A DNA stretch of 60,157 bases, filler included, from Bilabrum cf. latius (taxonomy: Eukaryota): the NCBI GenBank assembly GCA_965178125.1. It is 3 parts of 3 records of this genome, joined end to end, with 100 filler letters (N's around TTAATTAATTAA, not from the genome) between each part and the next. Parts side by side here need not be neighbours in the genome. Positions count along the whole stretch, not along the records: positions 20,411 to 40,316 come from CBCXTV010000048.1; positions 40,417 to 60,157 come from CBCXTV010000049.1; 1 more part is not named here. One strand, given 5' to 3'. A program made the translations under genes and the position numbers. The notes beneath the pieces were generated by a model. That model saw only the letters and a list, made by a program, of their open reading frames with translations. It was not told the DNA's origin and searched no databases. Positions 39,254-52,286 of the stretch are shown here, one piece after another; within the stretch, counting starts at the first letter, position 1; each line of letters starts with the position of its first letter.

Positions 39254-39790
39254 ATGGGGGTGGCGGCTAGTCATCTTGGCGCCGGCCAACGCGTCAATGG
39301 GGGGGATAGGAGCTAGAGCGGCGTCGTCAGGAGGCGCTGTCGCCAAGGGAGCACAGGACGAGAACCCCCCCCCCCCCCCCCCCCCCCGCTCCTTCCGGCA
39401 CACGCTTGACCCCCCCCCCCCTTTCTCCAAGACACAGAGCCCAAAGCCCCCACCACCACCACCACCGCCACCACCGTACGGGGCCCGGGGTGTGGTGGGA
39501 ACCAGCCGCAGAACGCGGAGAAGTCGGTCATAACCGTCGGCCCCATCGTCCTCGTGTTCTACGCAGTTGCGGCCAAAAAAGGGGGGGCGCAAGGCCCGGG
39601 CCCGGCACCGCGACCACCACCCCCCCCCCCCCCCCCCCCCCCCCCCCACCCCCCCCCCCCCCCCTCCCCCCCCTCCCCCCCCCATGCTCCGGGTCTTTCG
39701 GATTCCTTGTGCATTGGGTGCGCCGCCCACCTCTCCGCCATTCTTACTAGTGGGAGCCCGAGAATCTGTCAGTGTCATTGCAGCCCCTGA

Positions 39791-40316
39791 CTAAAGCAAG
39801 ACGAGCCCGGTTGGGGCGACATCGCGGCGCAGAACGGTTCCGACGACGAGGCGGAGGAGGCCTCTGCGGCAGCGCGGGGCCAACAGTTGATGGACGACAC
39901 GTTCAGAATCCCGAAGAACGATGGCACCGGCGGATGGCGATTCTCGTGAGAGATCGCGGTCGACGACGTCACCAATGACTTGAGGTGGAGAGCCGAGGCG
40001 CTCAAGGGCGAGACTTCCGACATCATGCCGTTCGAGCTCCAGAAGAAGGTGCGGCGCCAGCACTTCGAGGATTGGGTCAACGACGCCGCGCACGCCGAGA
40101 TCGTCCAGGTCAGCTCGCAGAGGCACCGCGGGGCGAAGCATCGCATCGGTCGCGACCTCGACAGCGGGCACCGCGTCTTTTGCCATGAGCTCGCGTTCGG
40201 CCGCTTGGACGACGAGATTTTGGAGGCGGTCGAGGTCAGCGCGGAGGTCTACCAGCGGCACAGACGACAAGGCGGTGTTGGAGCAGACGCGGGCCTCTGC
40301 GCCAGCGCGGGGCCCT
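39791..40316 (+). CDS. Unknown protein exon or fragment, truncated by the linker
   Basis: Open frame with protein-like composition (DEPGWGDIAAQ...FCHELAFGRLD). Confidence 0.4.
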
Positions 40317-40416
40317 NNNNNNNNNNNNNNNNNNNNNNNNNNNNNNNNNNNNNNNNNNNNTTAATTAATTAANNNNNNNNNNNNNNNNNNNNNNNNNNNN
40401 NNNNNNNNNNNNNNNN
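40317..40416. other. Artificial contig linker
   Basis: N44-TTAATTAATTAA-N44. Confidence 0.98.
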
Positions 40417-41148
40417 TGTATTTTTTTTTCGTATTTTGGTCCGCGTATTTTTTTCTAATTTACACATTTTTCAAACCGGCACGTGGGATTTCGTAATTTT
40501 TGATATTTCGGTCCGCGTATTTTTTCTCATTTGCACGATTTTCAGGTCGGATTTTGTATTTTTGTATTTTTAGTATTTTGGTCCGCGTATTTTTTTTGTA
40601 TTTTAGTATTTTTTGCGGGGGGGGATTAGTATTTTTTAGTATTTTTTGTATGTTTTAGTATTTTGGTCCGCGTATTTTTGGTATTTTAGTATTTTTTGCG
40701 GGGGGGATTAGTAATTTTTAGTATTTTTTGTATTTTTTAGTATTTTGGTCCGCGTATTTTTTTGTATTTTAGTATTTTTTCGTATTTTTTGTATTTTTAG
40801 TATTTTTTTGTAATTTTTAGTATTTTGGTCCGTGTATGTTTTGGTATTTTAGTATTTTTTGCGGGGGGTGATTAGTATTTTTTTTGTAATTTTTAGTATT
40901 TTGGTCCGCATATTTTTTGTATTTTAGTATTTTTTTTCGTATTTTTTGTATTTTTTGTATTTTTTGTATTTTTTAGTATTTTGGTCCGCGTATTTTTTGG
41001 TATTTTAGTATTTTTTGCGGGGGGGGGATTAGTAATTTTTAGTATTTTTTTTTGTAATTTTTAGTATTTTGGTCCGCGTATTTTTGTATTTTAGTATTTT
41101 TCGTATTTTTTTTGTAATTTTTAGTATTTTGGTCCGCGTATTTTTCCT
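40417..41148. repeat. T-rich degenerate minisatellite (TAGTATTTTGGTCCGCGTATTTT units)
   Basis: About 11 copies of the GGTCCGCGTA core in a T-rich matrix. Confidence 0.9.
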
Positions 41149-41175
41149 AGTTCACACAATTCCCAGGTCGGATTT

Positions 41176-41250
41176 TGCACTTGCAGCGCTTGGCAGCATG
41201 AGTCGGTTTTCCGCTTGCAGTTGCAGCGCTTGGCAGCATGAGTCCGGCTT
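41176..41250 (+). repeat. Minisatellite TTGCACTTGCAGCGCTTGGCAGCATGAGTCGG, left block
   Basis: Two copies here; the same unit recurs at 43845-44165. Confidence 0.85.
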
Positions 41251-41528
41251 CCACTCGCCACGTTTGCAGCCAGTGGCGCGTTGCCTTTCGCGGTCGCTGA
41301 GTTTTCCGGTGAGAACAAAGCACTGCTCTGCTTCTGAGGCATGCCGCAGGCATGTCTTTCTGGTGGACAATCTCGGGCTCGTCCTAGGCCTCACTACGGA
41401 CGTCGTTGTTCAACTCGGCTTGTCGCGAGGCTTGCGCTTTGTCTGTGGCCTCGTCTTCTCGGTTGTACTTCCGATGGATTCCGAGTGAGGCTTCACATTG
41501 CAGGCTTGGATTCCATGCTCGAGCAAAG

Positions 41529-42797
41529 GATGAGCATGTCTGGCGACTTGAGCTCGCCGGCGTCGGCGGCCGAAGTGCCGTCGCGGCAGCGGGCGGGCCC
41601 GCCTACGTCCGACCTTCGTCGGTCGGCTCCGCTCCCAGATGCGTCCGATCCCTGCCAGCAGCGCACCCGCCCCCGCCTCATGGGTCCCGCGCCGTCGCAG
41701 GCGCCCCACCTCCGGTCGGCGTTGGAGCAGCACTCGGTGGGACCGGCGGCCCTGGACGACTATCGCCGACGCCTCTCGGCCTTCGTGACTTGGGGCCGGC
41801 AGGAGCGCATCTTCCCGGCGGAGCTCTCCCAGGCCAGCGACGAGTCGACGATCCAGGCGATCGACCAGACGACGTTGGACCAGGCGTTGGTGCACTGGTG
41901 CAACAGGTCGTACAGCAACAGCGCGCACATGGAAGAGGGTGAGAAGCTCTTGGCGGCGGCGCCGGCGATATCATGCCTCGCACTCGCAGTGCGCTGTCGG
42001 AGTGGCGCTCCCTGGCGCCGGCGGAGATGAGGGTGCCGGTGCCCGAGCCAGCGATGCATGCGATCTTCGACGAACTCCTCCGGAACGGCCGCCCGATCGT
42101 GGCAGCGATGTTGGTCTGCCACTACAACACGTACATGCGCCCAGCCGAGCTGTGCGACCTGACGTGCGAGCAAGTGATCCGGCCGCATCCTCTCATGTCC
42201 GATCAGCCGGACAGCTGGGGCTTCCACATCCGCCCGGCGTCGACCGGGTCGACCGGGGAGACGGTCGAATGGGCATCGGTGATGCTCGACCACGAAGGCA
42301 ACTTGGTGGTGCCAGTCCTCCGCGCCTTGATCGCCAAGTTGCGCCCGACCTCGCCCCTGTGGCCGATCACCTCCTCGGACGAGTACCACAGGCTGATTAC
42401 GGCCGCGGCCAGGACAGCTGGTCTTGGGGCCGCCGGAATCACCCCTCACGGCATGAGGCACGGCGGGGCGTCGCGAGACGCACTGTACAATCGCCGGTCG
42501 ATGCTCTCTATAAAGCTCCGCGGCAGGTCGGGCAGCGACGCGTCGCCGCGCAGTTATCAGAAGGACGCGATTTACCAGCGCGAGTTAGCGCGTCTTCCCG
42601 ATCCCGTCATGCGCCGCGCAGCCCTTGTCGAGCCGGCGATAGGGCCGATGCTAGAAGCGATCGGGAAGGCCATCCTCCGAGTTCCGCTGGAGAACTGCCC
42701 CGATCCGTCGGCGACGGCGTGCGCGCGACTCCAGGCCGGGGTGTCGGCATCCCCTACCCTCCTCGTAGCGCTGCGTCGTTCGGGGCTCAATCAGTAG
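41529..42797 (+). pseudogene. Tyrosine recombinase (DIRS-type), frameshifted and degenerate
   Basis: N-terminal LEQHSVGPAALDDYRRRL, then YMRPAE (R), PHGMRHGGAS (HxxR), RGRS in place of RGRW, and RSYQK (Y). Frameshift near 41970. The catalytic Lys is not evident. Confidence 0.85.
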
Positions 42798-42841
42798 TGC
42801 ACATCCGCCGCAAAGCGCGCACAGCCGTGCGCGCCGCATCC

Positions 42842-43500
42842 ATGCATCGGCACCAGTTCTTCCTCGAATTCTTTGCCGGTTCCGGGGTCGTGGCCACTGC
42901 ATTGCGCGCCCGGGGATTTGCCGTGGTCGCTGGACATTGCCCCGTCCCCTTTGGAGGACGTCACACACCATCATGTGCTTGACCTCCTCCAAGGATGGGT
43001 CATGTCTCGGAAACACAATTCGGAGTGCGGACCACCCGCTCGGCCTCCCCGTCGTGTCTGCCCGGGACGCCGAAAAGCTCGCCGACGGCAACCGCACGGC
43101 GCGCGCGCCATTGCGCGCATCGTGCGTGCCCCCCGGCGCGCCCGGGTGCCCGCCATTTTGGAGAACCCCGCCCAGAGCTTGTTATTGGCGCTCCCCCATC
43201 ATGTCCGCCCTTGTCGACCGCGCGAGTGCGTCTGTCGTGCTGGACCAGTGCCAGTACGGCACGCGGTGGCGCAAGCGCACCCGCTTGGTTGGCTGGGGCA
43301 CCGGGGACCTCTCGTTCATGGCCCGGTCGTGTACCGGGCACAAAGGGGTCTGCTCGAGGTCGGGGCTCCCTCACATCGTTCTCCGGGGATCTGTCGCGGG
43401 ATCGTCGTTGGCGTGGACACGCATCGCACAATCGTGCCCGAATAAATTTGCCCGGGCCGCCGCGTCGTCCCTGGAGCAGGTCGTGAGTCGGTCGTGTCAA
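42842..43500 (+). pseudogene. Retroelement-type C5 DNA methyltransferase, decayed
   Basis: FLEFFAGSG (I), ILENP (VI), LDQCQYGTRWRKRTRL (VIII), CTG...HIVLRG...WTRIAQSCP. Several frameshifts, and the PC motif IV appears deleted near 43005. Confidence 0.8.
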
Positions 43501-43844
43501 GCACATGCCGCGCACAGCATTGCGCATTGTCACACAGGGACCTCAATGCGCGCCCGCCCGCCCACCCCGCGCGGCGCCCTTTTCGGCGTTCGCCGCGCGC
43601 CCGGGCGCTCGAGCTTGGTCCGCTCGGCGCACGGGGGGGTTGGTGTGGGAGTTGTTTTCCGCCGGTCTGGATTCAGGCCGCGCAGAGCGTTGCGCTCCGA
43701 AGCGCCCGCCCGGGTCCCTCGTCTCGGAAAAGAGACGGACGCCCGCGCACGCGCCCCGCATGAGGGAGGGCCTCGTTAGGGGCTGGCTCATCGGAATTCT
43801 GGCCATTGGCGACAGAATATGTTGTATTGTTTTGGTACTTCTTG

Positions 43845-44165
43845 GCTTGCACTTGCAGTGCTTGACAGCGTGAGGCCGGCTTTCGGCTTTCGGCTTTCGG
43901 CTTGCACTTGCAGCGCTTGGCAGCATGGGCGCTTGGCAGCGTGAGTCGGCTTTCGGCTTGCACTTGCAGCGTTTTTGTTTGGCAGCGCTTGGCAGCATGA
44001 GTCGGCTTTCGGCTTGCACTTGCAGTGCTTGACAGCATGAGGCCCGCTTGCATTCGCAGCGCTTGCGGCGCTTGGCAGCATGAGTCGGCTTGGTTTTGTG
44101 CCGACAGTGTCCGGAAGTGTGGTGTCGGGTTTCGGCTTGCACATGCAGCGTTTGGCAGCATGAGT
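43845..44165 (+). repeat. Minisatellite TTGCACTTGCAGCGCTTGGCAGCATGAGTCGG, right block
   Basis: About 7 degenerate copies. Confidence 0.85.
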
Positions 44166-44897
44166 GTCGTGGGCGGGTTGCCGGGCTCCACGGATGGATA
44201 GTGGACTCGGCCACGTCAGTTAGTCATCGGACCAGAATTGTCAGGACTGATACAGAACCTGGTCGCGTGTACCGCCGGTGTGCCGCCGGTGTGGCGCCGG
44301 TGTGCCGCCGGCGTCCCGCAGGTGTGCCGCCGGCAAGCCATGTCTTCGGCACATGTTCCTTGCGCCCGTCTTGCTGCCCAGCAGCACGTTTACCTCTAGG
44401 AAAACGCCGGCTGGTACCCTGTGAAACTTCCGTCAGAGGCCATGATCTGCTTTGAGCGTCGGGCTGCCGGGTTGCCTGAGCCGTTTTTTCCAAGAGAGCA
44501 TTCCGGGAGACAGATCCAGAGCATCGCATTGCCGGAACGATGCGTGCACACCATACCCGAAAAGGGCCCAAATATGAAAACATGAAAAGACCAGGATTGT
44601 GTTCGACTGCTTTTTATATCTGATTGGTTCCCGTGGAAGAGGACCTATCACTTACAATACGAGGTGTGACATTTTCCTGTCGCGTTTGGAGAATTGAATG
44701 TATTCTGGGTCTGAATGTATCGTCTGCGAGTTTGAAGAGGTCGGCGGTCGGCTTAGCCCAGGAATTCTCATTTTGGCCCCACGGAGGCGGTATATCGCCA
44801 GCATCGTGCGGGCAGCGTTGCATTCGCCAGCGTTGCGGTGTGTGTGTGTGTGTGTGGGGGCCACTTGATTTTTGGCAGAGCCATATCTGCTCCGAGC

Positions 44898-47800
44898 ATG
44901 GCGGCTGTCGACCCTTGGGCCGTTTCCGACGACGGTGATGCCGATGAATCGGCACCGCCCGTAGGGTCGGTGATGGCATCGTCTGGTCGTCTCGGGCGTT
45001 TCGGCAACAGCAGTTTCAGAGCCTACCTGGCACATGCGCGTGGCCTTGCCGCAGAGGGCGAGCGGGTCCTCAACGCCCGCCGCTCCAGGGCAGGGGCCGT
45101 ACCGCCGCCGCTGCCGCCGCCCAAGGCCGCCGGCGATTCGCACTCGCCCTTGGGAATGCTCTTGGTTTCGACTGTTGCCGGCGGCATGGCCGGAGATATT
45201 GCCGCGGCTGTGCGCATGGCAGAGCGCGTCCCGTTCCTCGCCGAGGCCGAGATGAGCGCGGTCATGAATCACGTGATTGGTCCAGAGCCGAGGCGGTTAG
45301 GAAAAATAACAGCATGACGCCGGGCGGAAATAGCTGCAAGTGTGAGGATCCCCTTTTCCCCTCCTTCACGCCTTCCCTCCACGCCCTTTTCCCGAGGTAA
45401 GTGTAAACATACATGCGTTGAGCAGGTCGGACCCAGCTGCGGGCCTTCGGTTTCCCGGGCCCGGGCCGGCTTGTGACAGGCCCGGCCCGGCCCGGGCCCG
45501 GGCCCGGGTTCGGGCCCGGGCCTCCGGGCCGGGCCCGGACCCGGACCCGGACCCGACCCCGGCCCCATATGTGGAAGTGCATTTCACCCGCCACTGTCAC
45601 TGACTTGTTGTGAATCGTTGTGATTTCGACATTCCTCAGGCGGATGTTGCCGCTTCTTGCCGAGTGCGAGTCTCTCAAGATGGGGGTCAACGCCTTCAGA
45701 AACCGACTGCTTGAACTCGCTAGTTGCATGCACTTCGGCATGCAAGCGTTCGGTTCGGCCTTGCTCCGGCGCCTTGCCTCGGAGCTGCGCGCCGGCCGGT
45801 TGGAACCCCTCGCGTGCATCCAGACGATCGCACAGGACGAGACAACTATGCATGTGCGCGGCCTCGACTTCAGCAGCGGCATCTTCCCGGAGTCATGCGC
45901 GCCGGCGAAGATCGTCCAAAGTTCGACCTCGTTGCGCTTCTTGGTGCGTGTGCAAGAGACCGGCGAGATGATGATGTGGGCAGTCTATTACCCGGTTCCA
46001 TTGCAGGTGGCCGGAAATGGGGCGAAAAAGCAAGAGACAAGAGCAAGGCCGAACGACACGCGCACAATGCACACACTTGAAGACATGCAGGTAGTCGACC
46101 ACACAACGGGCGAGACATTGCACCACGCCATGTCGCAAACCATGGAGATGCCGTCGTACTCCTCCGTGGCCGCGCTCTTCCCGGTGCGGTAGATGGTGCA
46201 GCGAGGAGACGCAGCAGCGTCGAACGGGCGAGCCTTTTCGCAACTTGCCGCGGACGCCGAGGCGTGTCTGACGATTCGCACACGGTGCATCGCACACATC
46301 GTGTCTGGCGTGACCGGTCGGGTGTACTCAACGATCGCCGGCTTCGTCTCAGGGCTCATCGCCTTCGGACTGGCCTTGCGTCCATGCGGTTACACCTCGT
46401 CGTTCAGGCTGGCATTGCAGCGCTACTTGGCCGCGCATGTGGAGGTCTATGGCGGCCCGCCGCCGCGAGGCGGAGGGCCCGCCTCCGAGATGCGCGACTC
46501 TCGCTTGGCTGCGTTCATCCCGGCGACGCCGGTAGGCTTGGCACGTATACAAGCTCTCCGGGAGGACCTTCACGGGGATGTCGACGCTTCCCGCCTTGTC
46601 CTTTACTCGCCGGGCGGCCGGCGCCCCGGCTTGGTTGAAGATTGGGCCAAGCGCCTTGCAAAGAACTTGCTCCCTGGTCACATACGCATATTGTCCCGCA
46701 CCCGGTGGCTCACATCGCTGGACTCCTTGCAAGTTGCTGGCTTGCTGGCGACGACGCACCAATTGTTGCGCCACGTCTTCCCAGTCTGGCGCGGCATGGT
46801 GAAGGGCCAGAAGGTGCCCGAGCGTTTCTTGAATCCCAGGCGTTGCCCGTGAAACCAAGGAAACGCAACAACATAGATACTTAGGCGTTCGAAGACACCG
46901 TACCACACATGGAGTTGCGCTTCCATGTTTTCTCTTCAACGATATATTGCATGTTTCACCACGCCCGCCCATCAACTCCCAAGGCGGTGCGATGCGTTCG
47001 ACGTGTCCGACTCCGAGTCGGACGTAGACGAGCGCGCGCGGCGGCCGGCTGGCGGCGAAGGCGATTGGACTGCATGGAACCGGCTTCAACGCCGGGACGC
47101 GATGCGCTTCGCCCGACGGGTCGACACTCCCGTGGGCATCGCATTGTGCACCGTCGCCCTGGCCCCATTGGTGCAGTTTGCAGTTGCTGCGCCGCGTCGT
47201 TCGGCTCGGCACTGAAGCTTGGGCGCGAAGGCAGATCAGCGCAGCGCTATCCCGGCAGACCGCCTTGACACCGGTGGAGTCCATGATCGACGGGTCTCTG
47301 ACGGACCGGTGCTTCACCGATCTGGGCGGACTGATGTCGGAGCCGCAGCGCTGGGCGCTTCTCCCAGCAGTCGGACGCTCCCATCGCTTCTGCGGCATGG
47401 CCTTCAGCATGCTCGCGCGCATAGCGTGCGGAGTTCACCAGTTGGTCAACGGCATGCGGTGGCAGCCTTGTTTCCGGCTCTTTGCGCTGATCCGGCACCC
47501 GGACGCGGCGTACTTGGTCCTCCACATGCCGCCCTGCATGCAAGACAGGCCTACACCTTGCGCTTATAGGGTCTGCTCCTCCCATCTGTGTTCCCGCAGT
47601 CCGACAGTGCCCGACAGTGCAACCAACCAGCGACGTGTCCCCTGACGTCAGCCCCCCAAAGAGGCGTTCCCTGGCCGCTCCCTCGTTTTTCGCATTTCCC
47701 AATTGTGTACGCCGACATCCCAGTGATCGTGACTGCTCTTGTTGTAGCCGGCCGCGCGAAACCCGTTCGCTTTTCCGCTTCCAGGGCCGGAAAGAGGCCT

Positions 47801-48031
47801 CAGCTTCCCGCCTGTCCATCATCACAGCGAACCGATTTCACCATGTCCGACGCAGTCCGAAACTGTTTTTTCTACATCGCGCCACCGTTCCGGTGCACCC
47901 TTCCCACGCACAAGGTTCACGTCCGCCTTCCTCGCGCGGCGGCCCACGGCGCGACTGCTCCAGAGCGCGGAGTGCCGAGCAGAATTGCTGGCGCTCGTGT
48001 CCAAAGTAGCTTTTCCCACAACTCTCGGTTC

Positions 48032-48064
<33 letters not shown>

Positions 48065-50360
48065 TCTCTCTCTCTCTCGCTCTCTTCTCTCTCTTCTCTC
48101 TCTCTCTTCTTTCTCTCTTTGCTCTTCTCTCTCTTCTTTCTCTTCTTTCTCTTCCTCTCTCTCTCTCTTTCCCCTCTCCCTCTCTCTGCCCTCTTCGTCT
48201 CTTTCTCTCTCTCTCCTTTCTTCAAGGCGCTCGCGTCCGCCATCAAGCTGGACACCGGCGATCTGGAGTGCTTGCACGCCAGCGTTCGGAGACGGCTTCA
48301 CATGCGCGTGCAGACCCATGCGGCGACCTTCAAGGAGGTTTCCGCGGATTTCCTTTTGATGGCTATGCGGAGGTTGCTCCGCGAGAAGGCGGGGGTGACA
48401 GGCATCCCCCGCGGCGCAGCGGAGCCGCGGCATGGGCGGTCCACTCGCACGAAGCAGGCTGCCCGCGTGCGGAAGTCTGGGCGGTACATGGGGCATCGCA
48501 CAGGCGGCGGCGGCGCGCGCAGAGCGGCCTTGAGCGACGCGCTTGTGCGCCTGTGGCGGGCCCAGCCCGTCGTCAACGGGCGCAAGGTGCGCCCGTCAGC
48601 TGCTCAGCGGTCCGCGGCGTTCAAAGAGTGCCACACCGCCGCCGACAACGCGACCGTGGCCCAGACACAGCAGTGGCTGCGGGAGGGCGCGGCAGGGACG
48701 CGCTCACATCGTGCCGGCGGGGCATCGTTCGGATACCGGCGCCGCGTCGAGTCGCAGCGGCATGCAGGGCTGCTTCCTCCGGCCAAGCGCATGTGCGCCC
48801 GCCTCGTCGGCGAGTGCGGCGATGTGGCCGGGAACACCCTCGTCCCCGCCGGCGCAAGTCTCGCCGACGGCCGCGAGTCGCGAGAGGTTGATGCCGCCGC
48901 CGCACGCGTGGTGGAGGCGTGGAGCTGCCAGCACCCACCCGCACAGGTGGCGGACACGCTCGCGTTGGATCCGAGTCTGGGTGCGAAGTCTCTGCCGTCG
49001 ACACAGCCAGGCATGCAACAAGTCCCGGGGTCTGGTCGCACACATCTATTCGGGACGCGGGGTCCGGTGACCAAGGAATCCGGTGCGCGCACCGCATGTC
49101 AATGTCGAATTCGGCTCATCTTCAACGCCGGAGAGCACATCTCCCTTGTCGAAGAGAAGTTTCATGACCCGCCCGAACCAACGTTTTCCCGAAAATAAGT
49201 CGTATTTCCGCAGCCGGAGTCCACCCCGGACTTGACTTGACTAACTAGAGTCCTCTTGGGGAAGGATTCCACGCCGCCCGGAGCACTTGCAAAGGCATGT
49301 TACGCGTCGTGAGTTTCACGCCGCCCTTGGACCGCCTTGCCGGCAAGGCGTTGCAAGCCGCCCGGCACCACGGCCGCGGGTTACTCACAGAGAAGTTGTT
49401 ACGAGCTTGGGATGACAGGCCCGCGAGACATATAGACGCAAAAAGAAAGAACGCAAAGACCACTGCACTGTCGATAGTAGCGAGAAAGCCAGCGACCTCG
49501 AGAAAGGCACGCTGGCATCGTCCACAGCGGCTTGCGCAAGATCGAGGCCCCCGCCCCCAAGGAGTCCTTGTGTACCATCGCCGGGTTTTGCTTGCACACT
49601 CCGCACGGCGAGGAGTTGGCTCGTTTCGTGAAGCAGCTCACTGCCACTCTCGTGCCTCTCTTGGCGAAGGGGCAGCCCGCCCGTCCGGCCTTTGACACAG
49701 CCACTGCCGTCGTCCGGCTTCACGCGGAGGGCAGCCACTCCCCCTCGGAGGACGACCTCTTCCTGCACCTCGGCTATGGCAACTTGTCCACGAAGCGCTT
49801 CACGGTCCTGCCGCTCCACTATGAAGTTTCTGACTGCAACGGCGATCGCATGTGTTGGACAGAGGCACAAAAACCGCTGCAGCCGCAGAACGTATGGCGT
49901 GCGTGTTGGGACATCGACTTCGCAGAGAATGTCGATGCGGAGCTATGGGAGGTCAGCTCGTCCACCGCCGTCGTGTTGGAGTTCCGCCCAGAGAGGGTGA
50001 TGCTAGAGCGCACCGCGATCGTGCGACCGGTGTGGCGCCCGAGGCAGATCGTCCCATACAACCTTCCCCTTCGTCGCCCACGGCGTGCGCGGGCCGCTCG
50101 TGAGCCGCCTCAAGACTTCCCGCCCCTGGAGGATCGCCAGACCGTGTGGGGTCGTCTTGCATTCGTTTCGCCGCATGTTGGTGCTTGCGTTTGTCTCCTC
50201 CGGCCCCGGAGAGCCATCAGCAGTGCGTTGTGACATCCATGGTACGGCCGTGTTTTTGTCGTCGTTGTTGTTGTTGCGTGGTGGTGGTGGTCGTGGTGGT
50301 GGTGTTGGTGTTGGCGTTGGTGTTGCCTGCTTCTGTTTATGTTCATGTTTATGTTTATGC

Positions 50361-50423
<63 letters not shown>

Positions 50424-50433
50424 CGTTGGTTGT

Positions 50434-50464
<31 letters not shown>

Positions 50465-50506
50465 GGTTGCTGTTGTTGTTGTTGTTGCTGCTGCTGCTGC
50501 TGCTGC

Positions 50507-50594
<88 letters not shown>

Positions 50595-50596
50595 AA

Positions 50597-50651
<55 letters not shown>

Positions 50652-51495
50652 GGTTTTGTTGGCCAGTGTGCGCCGCTGCGTGGGGCGGAGCGATTGCTTA
50701 GGATATTTTCGTCCGTGCCACACCCATAAGCCACACAAGGACCGTCGCGATTTCGCCTTGCCCGACGACGGGCAGGATGGCGAGCCGTGCGAGGAGGAGG
50801 GCCCGGATGAGTTCGGCGAAGCCATGGCGATGGTGGAAGCGGCCGCAAACTTGGCGGCCATCGACCCGATCATGTCTTGGGATGTGAGCTCCGACGAGAG
50901 GGAGAATGAGGATGATGATGAGGAGGAGGAGGCGCCGCCGGAGGAAATGGCCGCACAGCCGGTGACCGCCCCGGCCGCGCCTGCCTCCAGCGCAGCGTCC
51001 GGCTCCGCTTCTGCCCAGGGCGCCCAGGCGTTGGTCGCCGTACCGCTCCCGCCGAATGGTGGGGCACAGGAACCAGCAAAGGGCCACGGTAAGGGCAAGG
51101 GCAAGCGCCGCCCGGGCGCCGCGTATCCATACGAAGACGTGTACCATAGGTCGACGAACGAGTACCTCGGAAAGATCTTGCTCAATCGCAGTGCGGAAAG
51201 CTACGATGCGCATTGCGCACGTTGCTCCTTGCGTGTGAATCGTAAGTACACGGCCTATCGAGGCCGGTCCGGACATCGGCAGGGCCGACCCCTTGGCTTT
51301 TTAATCAGTGTCCTCCATATGCAGTGTACAGGGGATGACGCCGCCCACCGGGCGCAGATGGCCAGGATTAGCTTGGCCGAGCGTCTGGCTTGCCGGCGGT
51401 GGGCCGCAGGCGGGGGGCTGTCTGCAGCCTTTATGGCCCACGAACGGCCGGCGCGTGAGGACGAGCTTGAGGGTGAGCCGCCTCACATGAGCTAG
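44898..51495 (+). CDS. Large multi-exon DDE transposase-like protein of the CxxH type (hAT/Mutator/Kolobok-like), with a Cys/His-rich C-terminal domain; one in-frame stop
   Basis: IAQDETT (D1, ~45835), RGDAAASN (D2, ~46205), RCIAH (CxxH, ~46286), SRTRW (~46700), GDLECLHASVRR (E, ~48265). The C-terminus reads HCARC...GRPLGFL...ERP...EP. Example intron 46007-46090. TAG at 46190. The exon structure is approximate. Confidence 0.65.
48031..48222. repeat. Intronic (CT)n/(TA)n pyrimidine tract
   Basis: Directly visible; ends at an AG acceptor before the ALASAIKLD exon. Confidence 0.95.
50256..50655. repeat. Intronic (GTT)n microsatellite
   Basis: Directly visible; source of the poly-L/V/C/N/T ORFs. 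Confidence 0.97.
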
Positions 51496-52286
51496 CTCGT
51501 CGTGGATGATAAATTGCGCCGATCGACTCACGGCGCGCCTCACATCCGTCCAGGGCCTCGCCTTTCTTGGCATTGTCACCCGTCGAGCGCGAAGCATGCT
51601 TCCCCGCCTCTTACCCCCCCGCCCGCCGGACCCATTCAGGTGCAGGCCGGGCCCTGTCGCGTCCAGTCCAGGGCGGGTCCCAGCTTGAAATCCCTTTCCA
51701 CCCCGGTGCTCTGGTCAGGCCCCCCAAGCCACTTGAAAGTTGCACGGCAGCGACGGGACGGAGCAACAGATATGATTGATGACTGCGTTTACAGCGTTTG
51801 GCTCATCCAGAGAGCACACATTTAACGCCGGGATTTCTGATTCGGCGCTCCACTGCGGAGTAGGGAAAGTACAGCCTCCCCCTCGGGCCTTTCGATTTAG
51901 AGTCTGGGCCCGTTCAGTCGCAGCCGCGGGCCATGGCGGGGTTGGGTCCACGGAGCTAGGGTTGGGTCTTTGTACTCGGGCCGTGGCCCGGGCCACAGGG
52001 TTTCGGTGCCGGTCCCAGGCGGTGGCTCGCCCCTCCTAGTCCATCGGAGCGGACATCCCCGAGCCAGGGTAAAGCAAGTGTGGGCGAGACATCGACTCGT
52101 CGTCTGACGCGCGCATGTCGTCCAGCCGACGTTGCTCGCGCGCGCCTTGTCTCGGCCATTGCGGTTGTTGCGACATGCCACACCCCGAGGTTGGACACAT
52201 TTACTTGCACTGCCGTTCCCATCGCCAGCTTGGCTCAGGCACCCCCGTGGATTGTGACCGGCGCAGGGCCAGGACGCCACAAACGA

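Larger units (their letters stand above)
41260..43845 (+). mobile_element. 5'-truncated, decayed DIRS-like tyrosine-recombinase retroelement (RNase H end - YR - DNMT)
   Basis: An RNase H remnant (HVFLVDNLGLVLGLT...LYFRWIPSE, ~41350-41490) is followed by YR and DNMT in the same orientation. gag and RT are absent. Confidence 0.75.

Noticed and set aside
50003-50729. Poly-Leu/Val/Cys/Asn/Thr proteins
   Set aside because: They come from an intronic (GTT)n microsatellite. The same applies to the ORFs over 28496-28780 and 48031-48222.
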